A stretch of DNA of 64,000 bases from Bacteroidales bacterium. Its GTDB lineage: Bacteria; Bacteroidota; Bacteroidia; Bacteroidales; UBA1556. This document shows, in pieces, positions 20,481 through 29,148 of this stretch (position 1 is the stretch's first letter; each line of letters starts with the position of its first letter). The DNA lies in NCBI GenBank assembly GCA_023146135.1, contig JAGLCR010000010.1, forward strand, positions 4,139 to 68,138. The letters are read 5' to 3'. The position numbers and the translations under genes are program-made. The notes under the pieces are model-generated. The model was not told the DNA's origin, did not search any database, and saw only the letters and a list, made by a program, of their open reading frames with translations.

Positions 20481-20975
20481 ATGAAAGTAACAAAGAAAAT
20501 TTTAATCGTAGATGATGATATCGATGTGATTAATATCGTAGAAACAATTCTTAGAAATGAAGGTTATACAGTTATTTCGGCAGGAAGTAAAGAAGAAGGT
20601 ATTGAATTAGCGAAAAAGCAAAAACCAGATTTAGCAATTTGTGACGTAATGATGTCGACACACTATGAAGGTTTCGAGTTGGCGCGTGAATTTGCAACAA
20701 ACGAATTATTCGAAGAAATGCCTGTTATAATGCAGACTTCAATTAGTGTATTTGCCTCAAAGGATGAAGATTCAATGAGATTTGCAAGATACTATCGTTC
20801 TGAAATGAATAATCATGATTTAGATGTTTTATTGGTTGAAAATACCAGAATAGGAGATGCAGGGATTGACTATAAAGATGAATCAGGAAAGCTGATTTGG
20901 GTTCCAGTGAAAGCCTTCATTAAAAAGCCAGTAAAAGCCAAGGTGCTTATTGCAAACATTGAGAAATTTATTTAA
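20481..20975 (+). CDS. Stand-alone response-regulator receiver with enlarged alpha4-beta5 region
   Basis: IVDDD, phospho-acceptor context PDLAICDVMM, T/S position MQTS and conserved Lys in FIKKP. About 60 aa separate the last two where ~20 is usual. No output domain. Confidence 0.85.
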   Translation: MKVTKKILIVDDDIDVINIVETILRNEGYTVISAGSKEEGIELAKKQKPDLAICDVMMSTHYEGFELAREFATNELFEEMPVIMQTSISVFASKDEDSMRFARYYRSEMNNHDLDVLLVENTRIGDAGIDYKDESGKLIWVPVKAFIKKPVKAKVLIANIEKFI

Positions 20976-21038
20976 GAAATAAGCACAATATAGTTTTAAT
21001 AGAGCTACTTACGAATATTGAAATTACATAAAATTCAG

Positions 21039-21485
21039 ATGAAACAAATCTTTGAGAAATATATACATGCAGGAAGAGATAGCCTAATTCCAATCCTGCA
21101 AGAAGTACAAGAGGAAGATGGCTTTTTGTCAGAAAATGCCATAGTTGAGATAGGGAAATTATTAAATCTACCCGTAAGTAAGATTTATGGTGTTGCTACA
21201 TTTTATAATCAATTTCGATTTCAACCAAAAGGTAAACATCATGTACAAGTATGTAGAGGTACAGCCTGCCATGTTTTGGGTTCTGCAAATGTTCTTCAAG
21301 AGCTTGAGAAGACATTGAAAATAAAAAATGATGAGACTTCTCGCGACGGGAATTTTAGCTTGGAAGTAGTAGCTTGTATAGGTGCATGTGGTTTAGCCCC
21401 AGTTATTTCCATTAATGGCGAATTTCATGCAAAGGTAACCACTGCATCAATTAAAGAAATCATTAACAATTTGAATCAAAAGTAA
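21039..21485 (+). CDS. hydC: [FeFe]-hydrogenase NuoE-like [2Fe-2S] subunit (HydC type)
   Basis: NuoE/thioredoxin-like 2Fe-2S Cys pattern (CRGTACHV ... CIGACGLAP). The ATG at 21039 is preferred over the track's TTG at 21018. Confidence 0.85.
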   Translation: MKQIFEKYIHAGRDSLIPILQEVQEEDGFLSENAIVEIGKLLNLPVSKIYGVATFYNQFRFQPKGKHHVQVCRGTACHVLGSANVLQELEKTLKIKNDETSRDGNFSLEVVACIGACGLAPVISINGEFHAKVTTASIKEIINNLNQK

Positions 21486-23419
21486 TGAATTTGACAAAAC
21501 AATATATAATACAAGAACTATTGTCAAATCCAACTAAGGATTTTTCAAATACGGATATTATTAAGAATCTCAATAGAGAGATTGTTTCAAAACCTGTAAT
21601 ATTTGTTGGTACTGGTACCTGTGGGTTAGGAGCTGGGGCCGACAAAACTCTTAAAGCTGTTATATCATATTTAAATACGGCTCAAATAGATGCAGATATT
21701 ATTGAAACTGGATGCATTGGTCTATGTTCGTCAGAACCATTGATGGATGTGCAATTGCCAGGTCACAATAGGATTTGTTTTGAGAAAGCTACTGCTGATA
21801 AAGTTGTAGGTGTTTTAGATAGTGTTTTTGATAATAAAGATGACACTAAATTAGAAAGTGCTCTTTGTCAATTTCCTTCCAAAGAAAACCACTCTTGGAA
21901 AAATATTTCTAATATAAATGAATTGCCATTTTTCAAACCTCAATTTAGAATTGTACTTAAAAACTGTGGTATTGTAAATCCTATTAGTATTGATGAGTAT
22001 GTGGCAAGTGGAGGATATACCGGTTTTCTACAGCTTATTAAAAGTGAAAATGCCAAAGAAGTATGCAATATAGTTGAGAAAAGTGGATTACGAGGTAGAG
22101 GTGGTGGTGGTTTCCTTACGGGTAAGAAATGGAAATTTGCGTTAAATACACCCGCAAACCAGAAATACCTTATCTGTAATGCCGATGAAGGAGACCCAGG
22201 TGCTTTTATGGATAGAGCTGTAATTGAAGGAGATCCTCACCGACTTATTGAAGGTATGGCAATAGCTGCTTTTGGTATAGGTGCAACTAAATCATATGTT
22301 TATATTAGAGCAGAGTATCCTCTTGCTATCAAGAGACTTAATATAGCATTAGAACAAGCTAAGGAATATGGTATACTGGGTGAAAATGTATTTGGTACAG
22401 GAGTAAATTTTGAAATAAAAGTAAAAACAGGTGCTGGAGCATTTGTTTGTGGTGAAGAAACAGCATTGATAAATAGTATTGAAGGTAAAAGGGGAATGCC
22501 TCGCCCTCGCCCTCCATTTCCTGCTGTAAGTGGATTGTTTGGGAAACCCACTATTATTAATAATGTAGAGTCATTATCTAATCTTCCTTTTATAATAAAA
22601 GAAGGGGATGATAAGTTTGCTGCAATTGGAACAGAAAAAAGTAAAGGGACTAAAGTTTTTGCTCTTTCTGGTAAAATAGCAAAGACTGGGCTTGTTGAAA
22701 TCCCAATGGGTACAAGTGTTAGAGAGGTAGTGTTTGATATTGCAGGAGGGGTTCCTGATAATAAAAAGTTTAAGTCTGTACAAATTGGTGGTCCTTCAGG
22801 AGGTTGTATTACGGAGCAGAACCTTGATATTCCAATAGAATACGAATCGCTTATTGAAGTTGGAGCCATGATGGGCTCCGGAGGTCTTGTGGTAATGGAC
22901 GAGGATACTTGTATGGTGGATGTTGCAAAATTCTTTATGGATTTTATTCAACGTGAAAGCTGTGGTAAATGTATTCCATGCCGCGAAGGAACAAGAAGAA
23001 TGCTTGAAATACTTGAGGATATTACTCATAAACCTAATACAACTAAAAAGCATGAAGCTCTTCGTAGGTTCAAAGGCGTGACACAGCTCGAACGCCTTGG
23101 TAAAGTTATAAAAGAGACTTCTTTGTGTGGCCTTGGGCAAACAGCTCCAAATCCTGTGTTGAGTACAATTAAATGGTTTAGAGAAGAGTATGAGGAGCAT
23201 ATTTTTGAACGTAAGTGCGCGGCAAATGTTTGTACCGAACTAAGAGTGTTTACTATTGATGTTGATATGTGTACTGGATGTACCATTTGTGCCAAAAAAT
23301 GCCCTACTGATGCAATTATTGGAAGCAGAAAAGCACCACATTTTGTTGTCGAAGACAAATGTATCGCTTGTGGAACTTGCTTCGATGTATGTAAATTTGA
23401 TGCTATCACTATTTCTTAA
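21485..23419 (+). CDS. hydB: [FeFe]-hydrogenase NuoF-like flavin/NAD(H) subunit (HydB type)
   Basis: 644 aa: N-terminal 2Fe-2S-like domain, NuoF core (GLRGRGGGGF, SCGKCIPCREG) and two C-terminal ferredoxin motifs (CTGCTICAKKCP, CIACGTCFDVC). Start overlaps the hydC stop. Confidence 0.9.
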   Translation: MNLTKQYIIQELLSNPTKDFSNTDIIKNLNREIVSKPVIFVGTGTCGLGAGADKTLKAVISYLNTAQIDADIIETGCIGLCSSEPLMDVQLPGHNRICFEKATADKVVGVLDSVFDNKDDTKLESALCQFPSKENHSWKNISNINELPFFKPQFRIVLKNCGIVNPISIDEYVASGGYTGFLQLIKSENAKEVCNIVEKSGLRGRGGGGFLTGKKWKFALNTPANQKYLICNADEGDPGAFMDRAVIEGDPHRLIEGMAIAAFGIGATKSYVYIRAEYPLAIKRLNIALEQAKEYGILGENVFGTGVNFEIKVKTGAGAFVCGEETALINSIEGKRGMPRPRPPFPAVSGLFGKPTIINNVESLSNLPFIIKEGDDKFAAIGTEKSKGTKVFALSGKIAKTGLVEIPMGTSVREVVFDIAGGVPDNKKFKSVQIGGPSGGCITEQNLDIPIEYESLIEVGAMMGSGGLVVMDEDTCMVDVAKFFMDFIQRESCGKCIPCREGTRRMLEILEDITHKPNTTKKHEALRRFKGVTQLERLGKVIKETSLCGLGQTAPNPVLSTIKWFREEYEEHIFERKCAANVCTELRVFTIDVDMCTGCTICAKKCPTDAIIGSRKAPHFVVEDKCIACGTCFDVCKFDAITIS

Positions 23420-23430
23420 AGAAACAACAG

Positions 23431-25149
23431 ATGAAAATTACCGTAAATAATAAAATAATAGAAGCTAATAATGGTGAAACCATATTAGATGCTCTGACTC
23501 GTGAAGGAATAAAGGTTCCAACACTTTGCCACTTGAAAAACATGATGCCCACAGGTGCTTGTAGAATGTGTGTAGTCGAGGATGTTGACTCGGGGAAGCT
23601 AGTAACATCATGCTCTTCACCTGTATACGAAGGCTTAGAGGTGAAAACTCATTCGGCTAGAGTAAACGAGTCGAGAAAAACAATTGTAGAACTATTGCTC
23701 TCTAATCATCCAGACGATTGTTTGTATTGCGTTCGAAATGGAAACTGTGAGCTTCAAGGTCTTTCTGAAGAATTATCGATAACAGAACGTCGTATTAGAG
23801 GAAGAAAGAATAAGCAAGCTCTTGATAGATCAAGTTCTAGTATTGTAAGAGACCCTGAGAAGTGTATTTTGTGCGGTCGTTGTGTTAGAATATGTGAAGA
23901 GGTAATGGGTGTTGCTTGTATTGATTTCGTGCAGCGGGGTAATCAAACGGTTGTGGGAACGGCTTTTGATAATGGTCTAAATACTTCTAGTTGTGTAAAT
24001 TGTGGGCAATGTATAATGGTATGCCCTACAGGAGCTTTAACTGAGAAAAACCATTTTGCAGAAATAAAGCAGGCTTTACAAAATCCAAATATTAAAGTAG
24101 CGATTCAGTATGCACCGTCTATTTCTGTTTCCATAGCCGAAGAATTTGGCATGAAACCAGGTATTGATATTAATGGTATTATGAATGCGGCTATTCGTAA
24201 AATAGGTTTTGACTATGTTTTTGATACTACTTTTGGTGCTGACCTTACCATAATGGAAGAATCATCTGAACTTATTGATAGAATAGTTAATAATGGCAAA
24301 CTGCCTCTAATAACGAGCTGTTGCCCAGGATGGGTGAAATATGCAGAGGAATTTGCCCCTGACTTTATTGATAATATTTCATCGTGTAAGTCGCCACAAC
24401 AGATGACAGGAGCGGTTATTAAAAGCTACTTTATTGAAAAAGAGAAAATAAAAACAGAGGACCTGTATTCAGTAGCTATTATGCCATGTACAGCAAAGAA
24501 GTTTGAAGGGCAGAGGGAAGAAATGACTCAAAATGGAATCTCTGATGTTGATGCTGTTCTTACTACACGTGAGTTTGTTAAGCTTATAAAAATGTATGGT
24601 ATTGATATTCATAACCTAAATTCTGAAGTAGCTAACAACCCTTTGGGCTCAAGAACATCGGCCGGTAAACTTTTTGGAACAACTGGTGGTGTTGCTGAGG
24701 CTGCAATTAGAACTGCACATTACAAACTTACTGGCAAAGAATTAATAGAGTTTAAGATAGAAGCTCTTCGGGATTTCAAAAATAGAAAAGAAACTATAAT
24801 TAAAATTGGTGATTTAGAACTAGGGGTTGCAGTTGTAAATGGTTTAGCAAACGCTAAAGAGTTGCTTGATGAAATACGTGCAGGAAGAAATGACATTCAA
24901 TTTATTGAAGTAATGGCTTGTCCTGGTGGTTGCGTTGGTGGCGGTGGTCAGCCCATAAAAATGGATGAAGAAGCAATAAGGATTCGGGCGAAGTCATTGT
25001 ATAGTATTGATGATAAGGAGTCGTTAAAAGCATCGCATAAAAATCCAGATGTTCAGAAATTATATGCTGACTTCCTTGATGAGCCTTTAAGCGAAAAAGC
25101 TCATAAGCTTCTACATACTCATTATCAGAAACGTGAAGTAATAAAATAA
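23431..25149 (+). CDS. hydA: [FeFe]-hydrogenase catalytic subunit
   Basis: 572 aa with an N-terminal 2Fe-2S ferredoxin, HPDDCLYCVRNGNCELQ, and two 4Fe-4S motifs. H-cluster motifs are L1 TSCCPGWV, L2 MPCTAKKFE and L3 EVMACPGGCVGGGGQP. Confidence 0.93.
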   Translation: MKITVNNKIIEANNGETILDALTREGIKVPTLCHLKNMMPTGACRMCVVEDVDSGKLVTSCSSPVYEGLEVKTHSARVNESRKTIVELLLSNHPDDCLYCVRNGNCELQGLSEELSITERRIRGRKNKQALDRSSSSIVRDPEKCILCGRCVRICEEVMGVACIDFVQRGNQTVVGTAFDNGLNTSSCVNCGQCIMVCPTGALTEKNHFAEIKQALQNPNIKVAIQYAPSISVSIAEEFGMKPGIDINGIMNAAIRKIGFDYVFDTTFGADLTIMEESSELIDRIVNNGKLPLITSCCPGWVKYAEEFAPDFIDNISSCKSPQQMTGAVIKSYFIEKEKIKTEDLYSVAIMPCTAKKFEGQREEMTQNGISDVDAVLTTREFVKLIKMYGIDIHNLNSEVANNPLGSRTSAGKLFGTTGGVAEAAIRTAHYKLTGKELIEFKIEALRDFKNRKETIIKIGDLELGVAVVNGLANAKELLDEIRAGRNDIQFIEVMACPGGCVGGGGQPIKMDEEAIRIRAKSLYSIDDKESLKASHKNPDVQKLYADFLDEPLSEKAHKLLHTHYQKREVIK

Positions 25150-25205
25150 GCTGTTTATTAATTCGAAGATTTACAAAGTCAACAACTTAAAAAGACAATA
25201 GTATA

Positions 25206-27185
25206 ATGCATAATTTTTCAAATGATAATCCACTAGTTTATACCGTAAAAGGCTTGTGTCGTGTTTGTTATACTTGCGTGCGTGAATGTCCTGTTAAAGC
25301 TATTAAGATAATTAGTGGTCAAGCAGAGATAATCACAGAAAGGTGTATTGCATGTGGAAACTGTGTAATAGTGTGTAGTCAGGGAGCCAAAACTTATTAT
25401 TCGTCGATTGAAAAAGTGGAGGATATACTTTTGAATAATAAGCAGAAGATATTATGTGTTGCTCCAAGCTTTGCCGCTGAATTTACTGAAATTGAAAATT
25501 ATAGGATTTTTGTGGGGATGGCAAAAGAATTGGGGTTTGATTTAGTTACAGAGGTGTCTTTTGGTGCTGATTTGGTAGCACAGGCTTATAAGAACGTATT
25601 TGAAAATGAGAGTACAAAAACAATAATAACATCGGATTGCCCTGCTATTGTAAATTATATTAAGCAATATCACCCCAATCTGGTTGAATTTCTTGCTCCA
25701 ATCGTTTCACCAGCCATTGCCATTGCAAAGGTTCTTAAGAAGAAGTATAATAATGATGCTCAATTAGTATTTGTAGGCCCTTGCGTGGCAAAGAAAGCAG
25801 AGTCTGAAAGTTTTGATGAGAATCTTACATTTTCTGAGCTTAGACTGATGTTTGAAAAGCACAATATAATTCCAGATAGAGTAACTGCTGCTGATTTTGA
25901 TAAACCAATATCTGGAAAAGGAGCTTTTTTTCCAGTTAATCATGGCTTACTAAAAAGTCTAAATAAGACAGAGGGTTTTGGAAAAGGAGAAGTAATAACT
26001 GCTGAAGGAAAGACAAAGTTTCGAGAAGCAATACAAGAGTTTGAGAATGGTGTTCTAAAGAATCAACATCTTGAATTATTGTGCTGCGATGGATGTATTG
26101 AAGGTCCTGGAATGTCTGTAAAAGGACAAAAGTTGGTTAAAAGGATGAAGATTAGTGAGTATGTGAATAACAAACTTAATAAGCTTGATAATGAAGAATG
26201 GGAGAAAGAAAAAGAGCAATACTCTAAATTGGATTTAACAAGAGAATTTTGTACAAATGACCAAAGATTACCTCAGCCGAATGAATATGAGATAAATAAC
26301 ATTCTTATTTCAATGGGAAAAGTTAAAGATAAAGATATGCTCAACTGCGGTGCTTGTGGATATGAAACATGTAAAGCCTATGCAAGTGCAGTGGTTGAAG
26401 GACTAGCAGAAACAGAAATGTGCTTACCTTATGCTATTGAAAAACTGCATAAGTCCAATGAAGAACTTCATCAATCAAATATGCAATTGTCGGATACCAA
26501 GGTAGCATTAAAACAATCAGAAAAGCTTGCTAGCATGGGGCAGTTGTCAGCAGGAATAGCTCATGAACTTAATAACCCACTTGGTATTATTACTCTTTAT
26601 AGTAGTATTCTCAAAGATGAATTAAATAATAAAAGTGAACTTTTTGAGGATATTGAAATTATAAACGAACAGGCCGAACGTTGTAAAACAATAGTCGAAG
26701 GCCTACTGAATTTTGCTCGAAAAAATAAAGTAACGCTGAAAGAAACTAATATTGTAGAGTTTATAGAAAAAAGCTTCAAATCTTTTGTTAAACCCGATGA
26801 TATTCAAATAGAATTTAACTACGATATTAAGTGTCAGTTGGTGAAATTAGATGTCGAGCAAATGATGCAAGCGATAACTAATATTGAAAAAAATGCGGTT
26901 GAAGCTATGCCAAATGGTGGACTAATTGCTATTAGTATTAATGAAGTTAAAGGTAGTTTTATTATTAAAATATCAGATACAGGTGCAGGTATTGCCAAAG
27001 AAAATTTAGAAAAAATATTTACGCCTTTCTTTACTACTAAAGGTGTTAATAAAGGTACTGGACTTGGATTGCCTCTAGTGTATGGAATTGTAAAAATGCA
27101 TAAGGGAAAGATAAATGTACAATCAAATAATCAGCCTGACAATGGTAGTACAGGTACTACCTTCACTATTACTTTACCAAAGTAA
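25206..27185 (+). CDS. Sensory-type [FeFe]-hydrogenase-like domain fused to histidine kinase (HydS-like kinase)
   Basis: Two Fer4 motifs (C18-C28, C47-C57) and an H-domain paralogue (SFGADL, TSDCPAIV, GPCVAKKAE, ELLCCDGC). These are followed by Cx2Cx4Cx16C (C381-C406), the H-box SAGIAHELNNPL, the N-box NAVEAM and G-boxes DTGAGI / GTGLGL. Confidence 0.88.
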   Translation: MHNFSNDNPLVYTVKGLCRVCYTCVRECPVKAIKIISGQAEIITERCIACGNCVIVCSQGAKTYYSSIEKVEDILLNNKQKILCVAPSFAAEFTEIENYRIFVGMAKELGFDLVTEVSFGADLVAQAYKNVFENESTKTIITSDCPAIVNYIKQYHPNLVEFLAPIVSPAIAIAKVLKKKYNNDAQLVFVGPCVAKKAESESFDENLTFSELRLMFEKHNIIPDRVTAADFDKPISGKGAFFPVNHGLLKSLNKTEGFGKGEVITAEGKTKFREAIQEFENGVLKNQHLELLCCDGCIEGPGMSVKGQKLVKRMKISEYVNNKLNKLDNEEWEKEKEQYSKLDLTREFCTNDQRLPQPNEYEINNILISMGKVKDKDMLNCGACGYETCKAYASAVVEGLAETEMCLPYAIEKLHKSNEELHQSNMQLSDTKVALKQSEKLASMGQLSAGIAHELNNPLGIITLYSSILKDELNNKSELFEDIEIINEQAERCKTIVEGLLNFARKNKVTLKETNIVEFIEKSFKSFVKPDDIQIEFNYDIKCQLVKLDVEQMMQAITNIEKNAVEAMPNGGLIAISINEVKGSFIIKISDTGAGIAKENLEKIFTPFFTTKGVNKGTGLGLPLVYGIVKMHKGKINVQSNNQPDNGSTGTTFTITLPK

Positions 27186-27222
27186 AAAAAATATTGTAAA
27201 ACAAAAAGGTAAAACAAATATT

Positions 27223-27618
27223 ATGGATACTCAAAACAAAACGATACTAATAGTTGACGATGATCAAGATTGTCTTAATCTTGTAAAGTTTCACTGCGAA
27301 CGATTTGGATTTAATACTATTACAGCTGAAAGTCAGAAGGAATGTGAAGAAATAATTGAGACTCAAAAACCTGATCTTGCAATTTTCGATTTGATGATGG
27401 AAAATGATGATAGTGGCTTTATACTGTCTTATAAATTGAAAAAAAAATATCCCGATGTTCCAGTAATTCTTGCCACAGCAGCATCTTCAGTTAGTGGGTA
27501 CATTTTCGAATTGGAGAATGAGACGGACAAAAGTTGGATGAAAGCAGATGTGTTTATGGAGAAAAATATTCGTCCCGATCAACTACATAGGGAGATAAAT
27601 AAACTATTGAAGCTGTAA
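27223..27618 (+). CDS. Stand-alone response-regulator receiver
   Basis: MDTQNKTILIVDDD ... KPDLAIFDLMM, a paralogue of the 20481 receiver. The ATG at 27223 is chosen because the track's start at 27115 overlaps the upstream kinase. Confidence 0.85.
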   Translation: MDTQNKTILIVDDDQDCLNLVKFHCERFGFNTITAESQKECEEIIETQKPDLAIFDLMMENDDSGFILSYKLKKKYPDVPVILATAASSVSGYIFELENETDKSWMKADVFMEKNIRPDQLHREINKLLKL

Positions 27619-27655
27619 GTTGTATTATATTTTATAAGAAGTAATTGAAATAATT

Positions 27656-28768
27656 ATGGAAAAACTAAGAATACTAATCGTTGATGATGAACAAGGCATT
27701 AGAACAGGAATAAGAAGGGGGCTAAGAGGTTTAGTTGTCTCTTTTCCTTTTCACGATGACGATTTTGAATATGATATAATTGATGCCGAAACTGGAGAAG
27801 AGGCTTTGTCAATAATAGAAAATGAGCTTGTTGATATAGTTTTACTTGATAATAAACTGCCAGGAATAGAAGGGATAGAAGTATTAGAGATAATAAAGGA
27901 AAGAAAATACGACTTGTCAGTGATGATGATAACATCTTATGCTTCAATAGAGTTGGCCGTTAAGGCTACTAATAATGGCGCTTTTAATTTTGTCCCAAAG
28001 CCATTTACTAAGCAAGAGCTTACTACTGCAATTGAAAGTATTACTAAGCACTTATTTTTAAAACGAATGACCAGAAAGATGAAAGCAGAAGGAAAAAAAA
28101 TACGATTTCAGTTTCTTTCTGTGCTATCTCACGAACTAAAGTCACCAATAAATACGGTAGAAAGCTATTTGCGAATAATACAAGATAGGCAAGCAGGTGA
28201 CAATATTGATGCTTACGATACTATGGTAAAACGGTCTTTGGATAGATTAGAATCTATGCGAACACTTATTATGGACATGCTTGATTTTACTCGAATAGAG
28301 TCGGGTAGGAAGGCGAGAAATATTACTGATATTGATATAATTGATATTGCCAAAACAGCAATTTATTCCGTTGAAATAGCAGCAAAAGCGAAGGGTATTC
28401 ACATCCTTATGAATTTCCCAAAAACACTTTACCTTAAAGCAGATGCTTCTGATTTTGAAATAATATTCAATAATTTGCTCTCAAATGCAGTAAAGTACAA
28501 TAAGGAGTCTGGGGAAATAATTATTTCAATCAATGAACAAGATAGTCAAATTAAGATTGTAGTTGAGGATACTGGTATTGGAATGAATGTAAAGGAGAAG
28601 TCGCACCTTTTTGAAGAGTTTATGAGAGCTAAAAATGTAAAGACAAGGAATATTTCGGGTACAGGGCTTGGTTTATCAATTATGAAGAAAATAGTTGATC
28701 TTAATAAGGGCTCTATCGAAGTAGAGAGTACTCCCGATATTGGTTCAAAGTTTACTGTGATTATATAA
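27656..28768 (+). CDS. Receiver-histidine kinase hybrid (REC-HisKA-HATPase)
   Basis: N-terminal receiver (ILIVDDE, VLLDNKLPG, FVPKP), H-box LSVLSHELKSPIN, and HATPase motifs (NAVKYN, DTGIGM, GTGLGLSI). Confidence 0.88.
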   Translation: MEKLRILIVDDEQGIRTGIRRGLRGLVVSFPFHDDDFEYDIIDAETGEEALSIIENELVDIVLLDNKLPGIEGIEVLEIIKERKYDLSVMMITSYASIELAVKATNNGAFNFVPKPFTKQELTTAIESITKHLFLKRMTRKMKAEGKKIRFQFLSVLSHELKSPINTVESYLRIIQDRQAGDNIDAYDTMVKRSLDRLESMRTLIMDMLDFTRIESGRKARNITDIDIIDIAKTAIYSVEIAAKAKGIHILMNFPKTLYLKADASDFEIIFNNLLSNAVKYNKESGEIIISINEQDSQIKIVVEDTGIGMNVKEKSHLFEEFMRAKNVKTRNISGTGLGLSIMKKIVDLNKGSIEVESTPDIGSKFTVII

Positions 28769-29137
28769 TTCACCTTTTATAGGAGCGTAAACTCTATTTA
28801 TGTAACAACCTATTCAAGAAGAAGAGGGTGTAGTATAATACAACTTGGCTTTATGCGAAAAGTTTTCTGTAAAATGAGATAGATATTTTGTGCTTTTTCT
28901 CAAATTATGAGGTTTATTCACAAACTTTCGTTGCAGCAATATGAAAATAACTGTACCAAATATAAGTATTAGGTACATGCTAATTTATATATTGCTATCT
29001 TTTGGATTGATAACATATGTCCAAATCAACCTATTGTAATGTTGATTATATTTGGAAGGTGTAGCAATCAGGCAAATAATAAAAGAATAATTTTGCCCTG
29101 ATTTATTTCATAGTTTTGTAGGCATAGGCAATAATCT

Positions 29138-29145
29138 TAAATTTG
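29138..29145 (+). promoter_or_regulatory. Candidate -7 box (TAAATTTG) abutting the TPR-kinase start
   Basis: Exact TAnnTTTG ending 3 nt before the ATG at 29149, at the end of a 374-bp gap. Confidence 0.35.
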
Positions 29146-29148
29146 ATA

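Noticed and set aside
22300-23409. Long antisense ORFs inside hydB (22300-22869, 22574-22783, 22796-23200, 23026-23409; up to 189 aa)
   Set aside because: They lie entirely opposite a strongly supported NuoF-like CDS and have low-complexity, motif-free translations with no promoter or start context. They are typical shadow ORFs.
27115-27222. Track-proposed upstream starts or N-terminal extensions: 27115 for the receiver, 2670 for dapB, 57984 for the OmpA gene, 53875 for dprA, 53942 for the glycosyltransferase, 21018 for hydC, 29143 for the TPR kinase and 36999 for the hypothetical
   Set aside because: The extensions overlap the preceding gene or a -7 box, start at TTG, or prepend non-signal sequence to an obvious signal peptide or domain start. 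Internal ATG (or the TTG at 37095) starts fit better.
28941-29039. 32-aa hydrophobic ORF (MKITVPNISIRYMLIYILLSFGLITYVQINLL) in the 374-bp gap of the signalling cluster
   Set aside because: There is no promoter box or conservation evidence available. Its AT-rich composition readily produces such ORFs, so support is insufficient.
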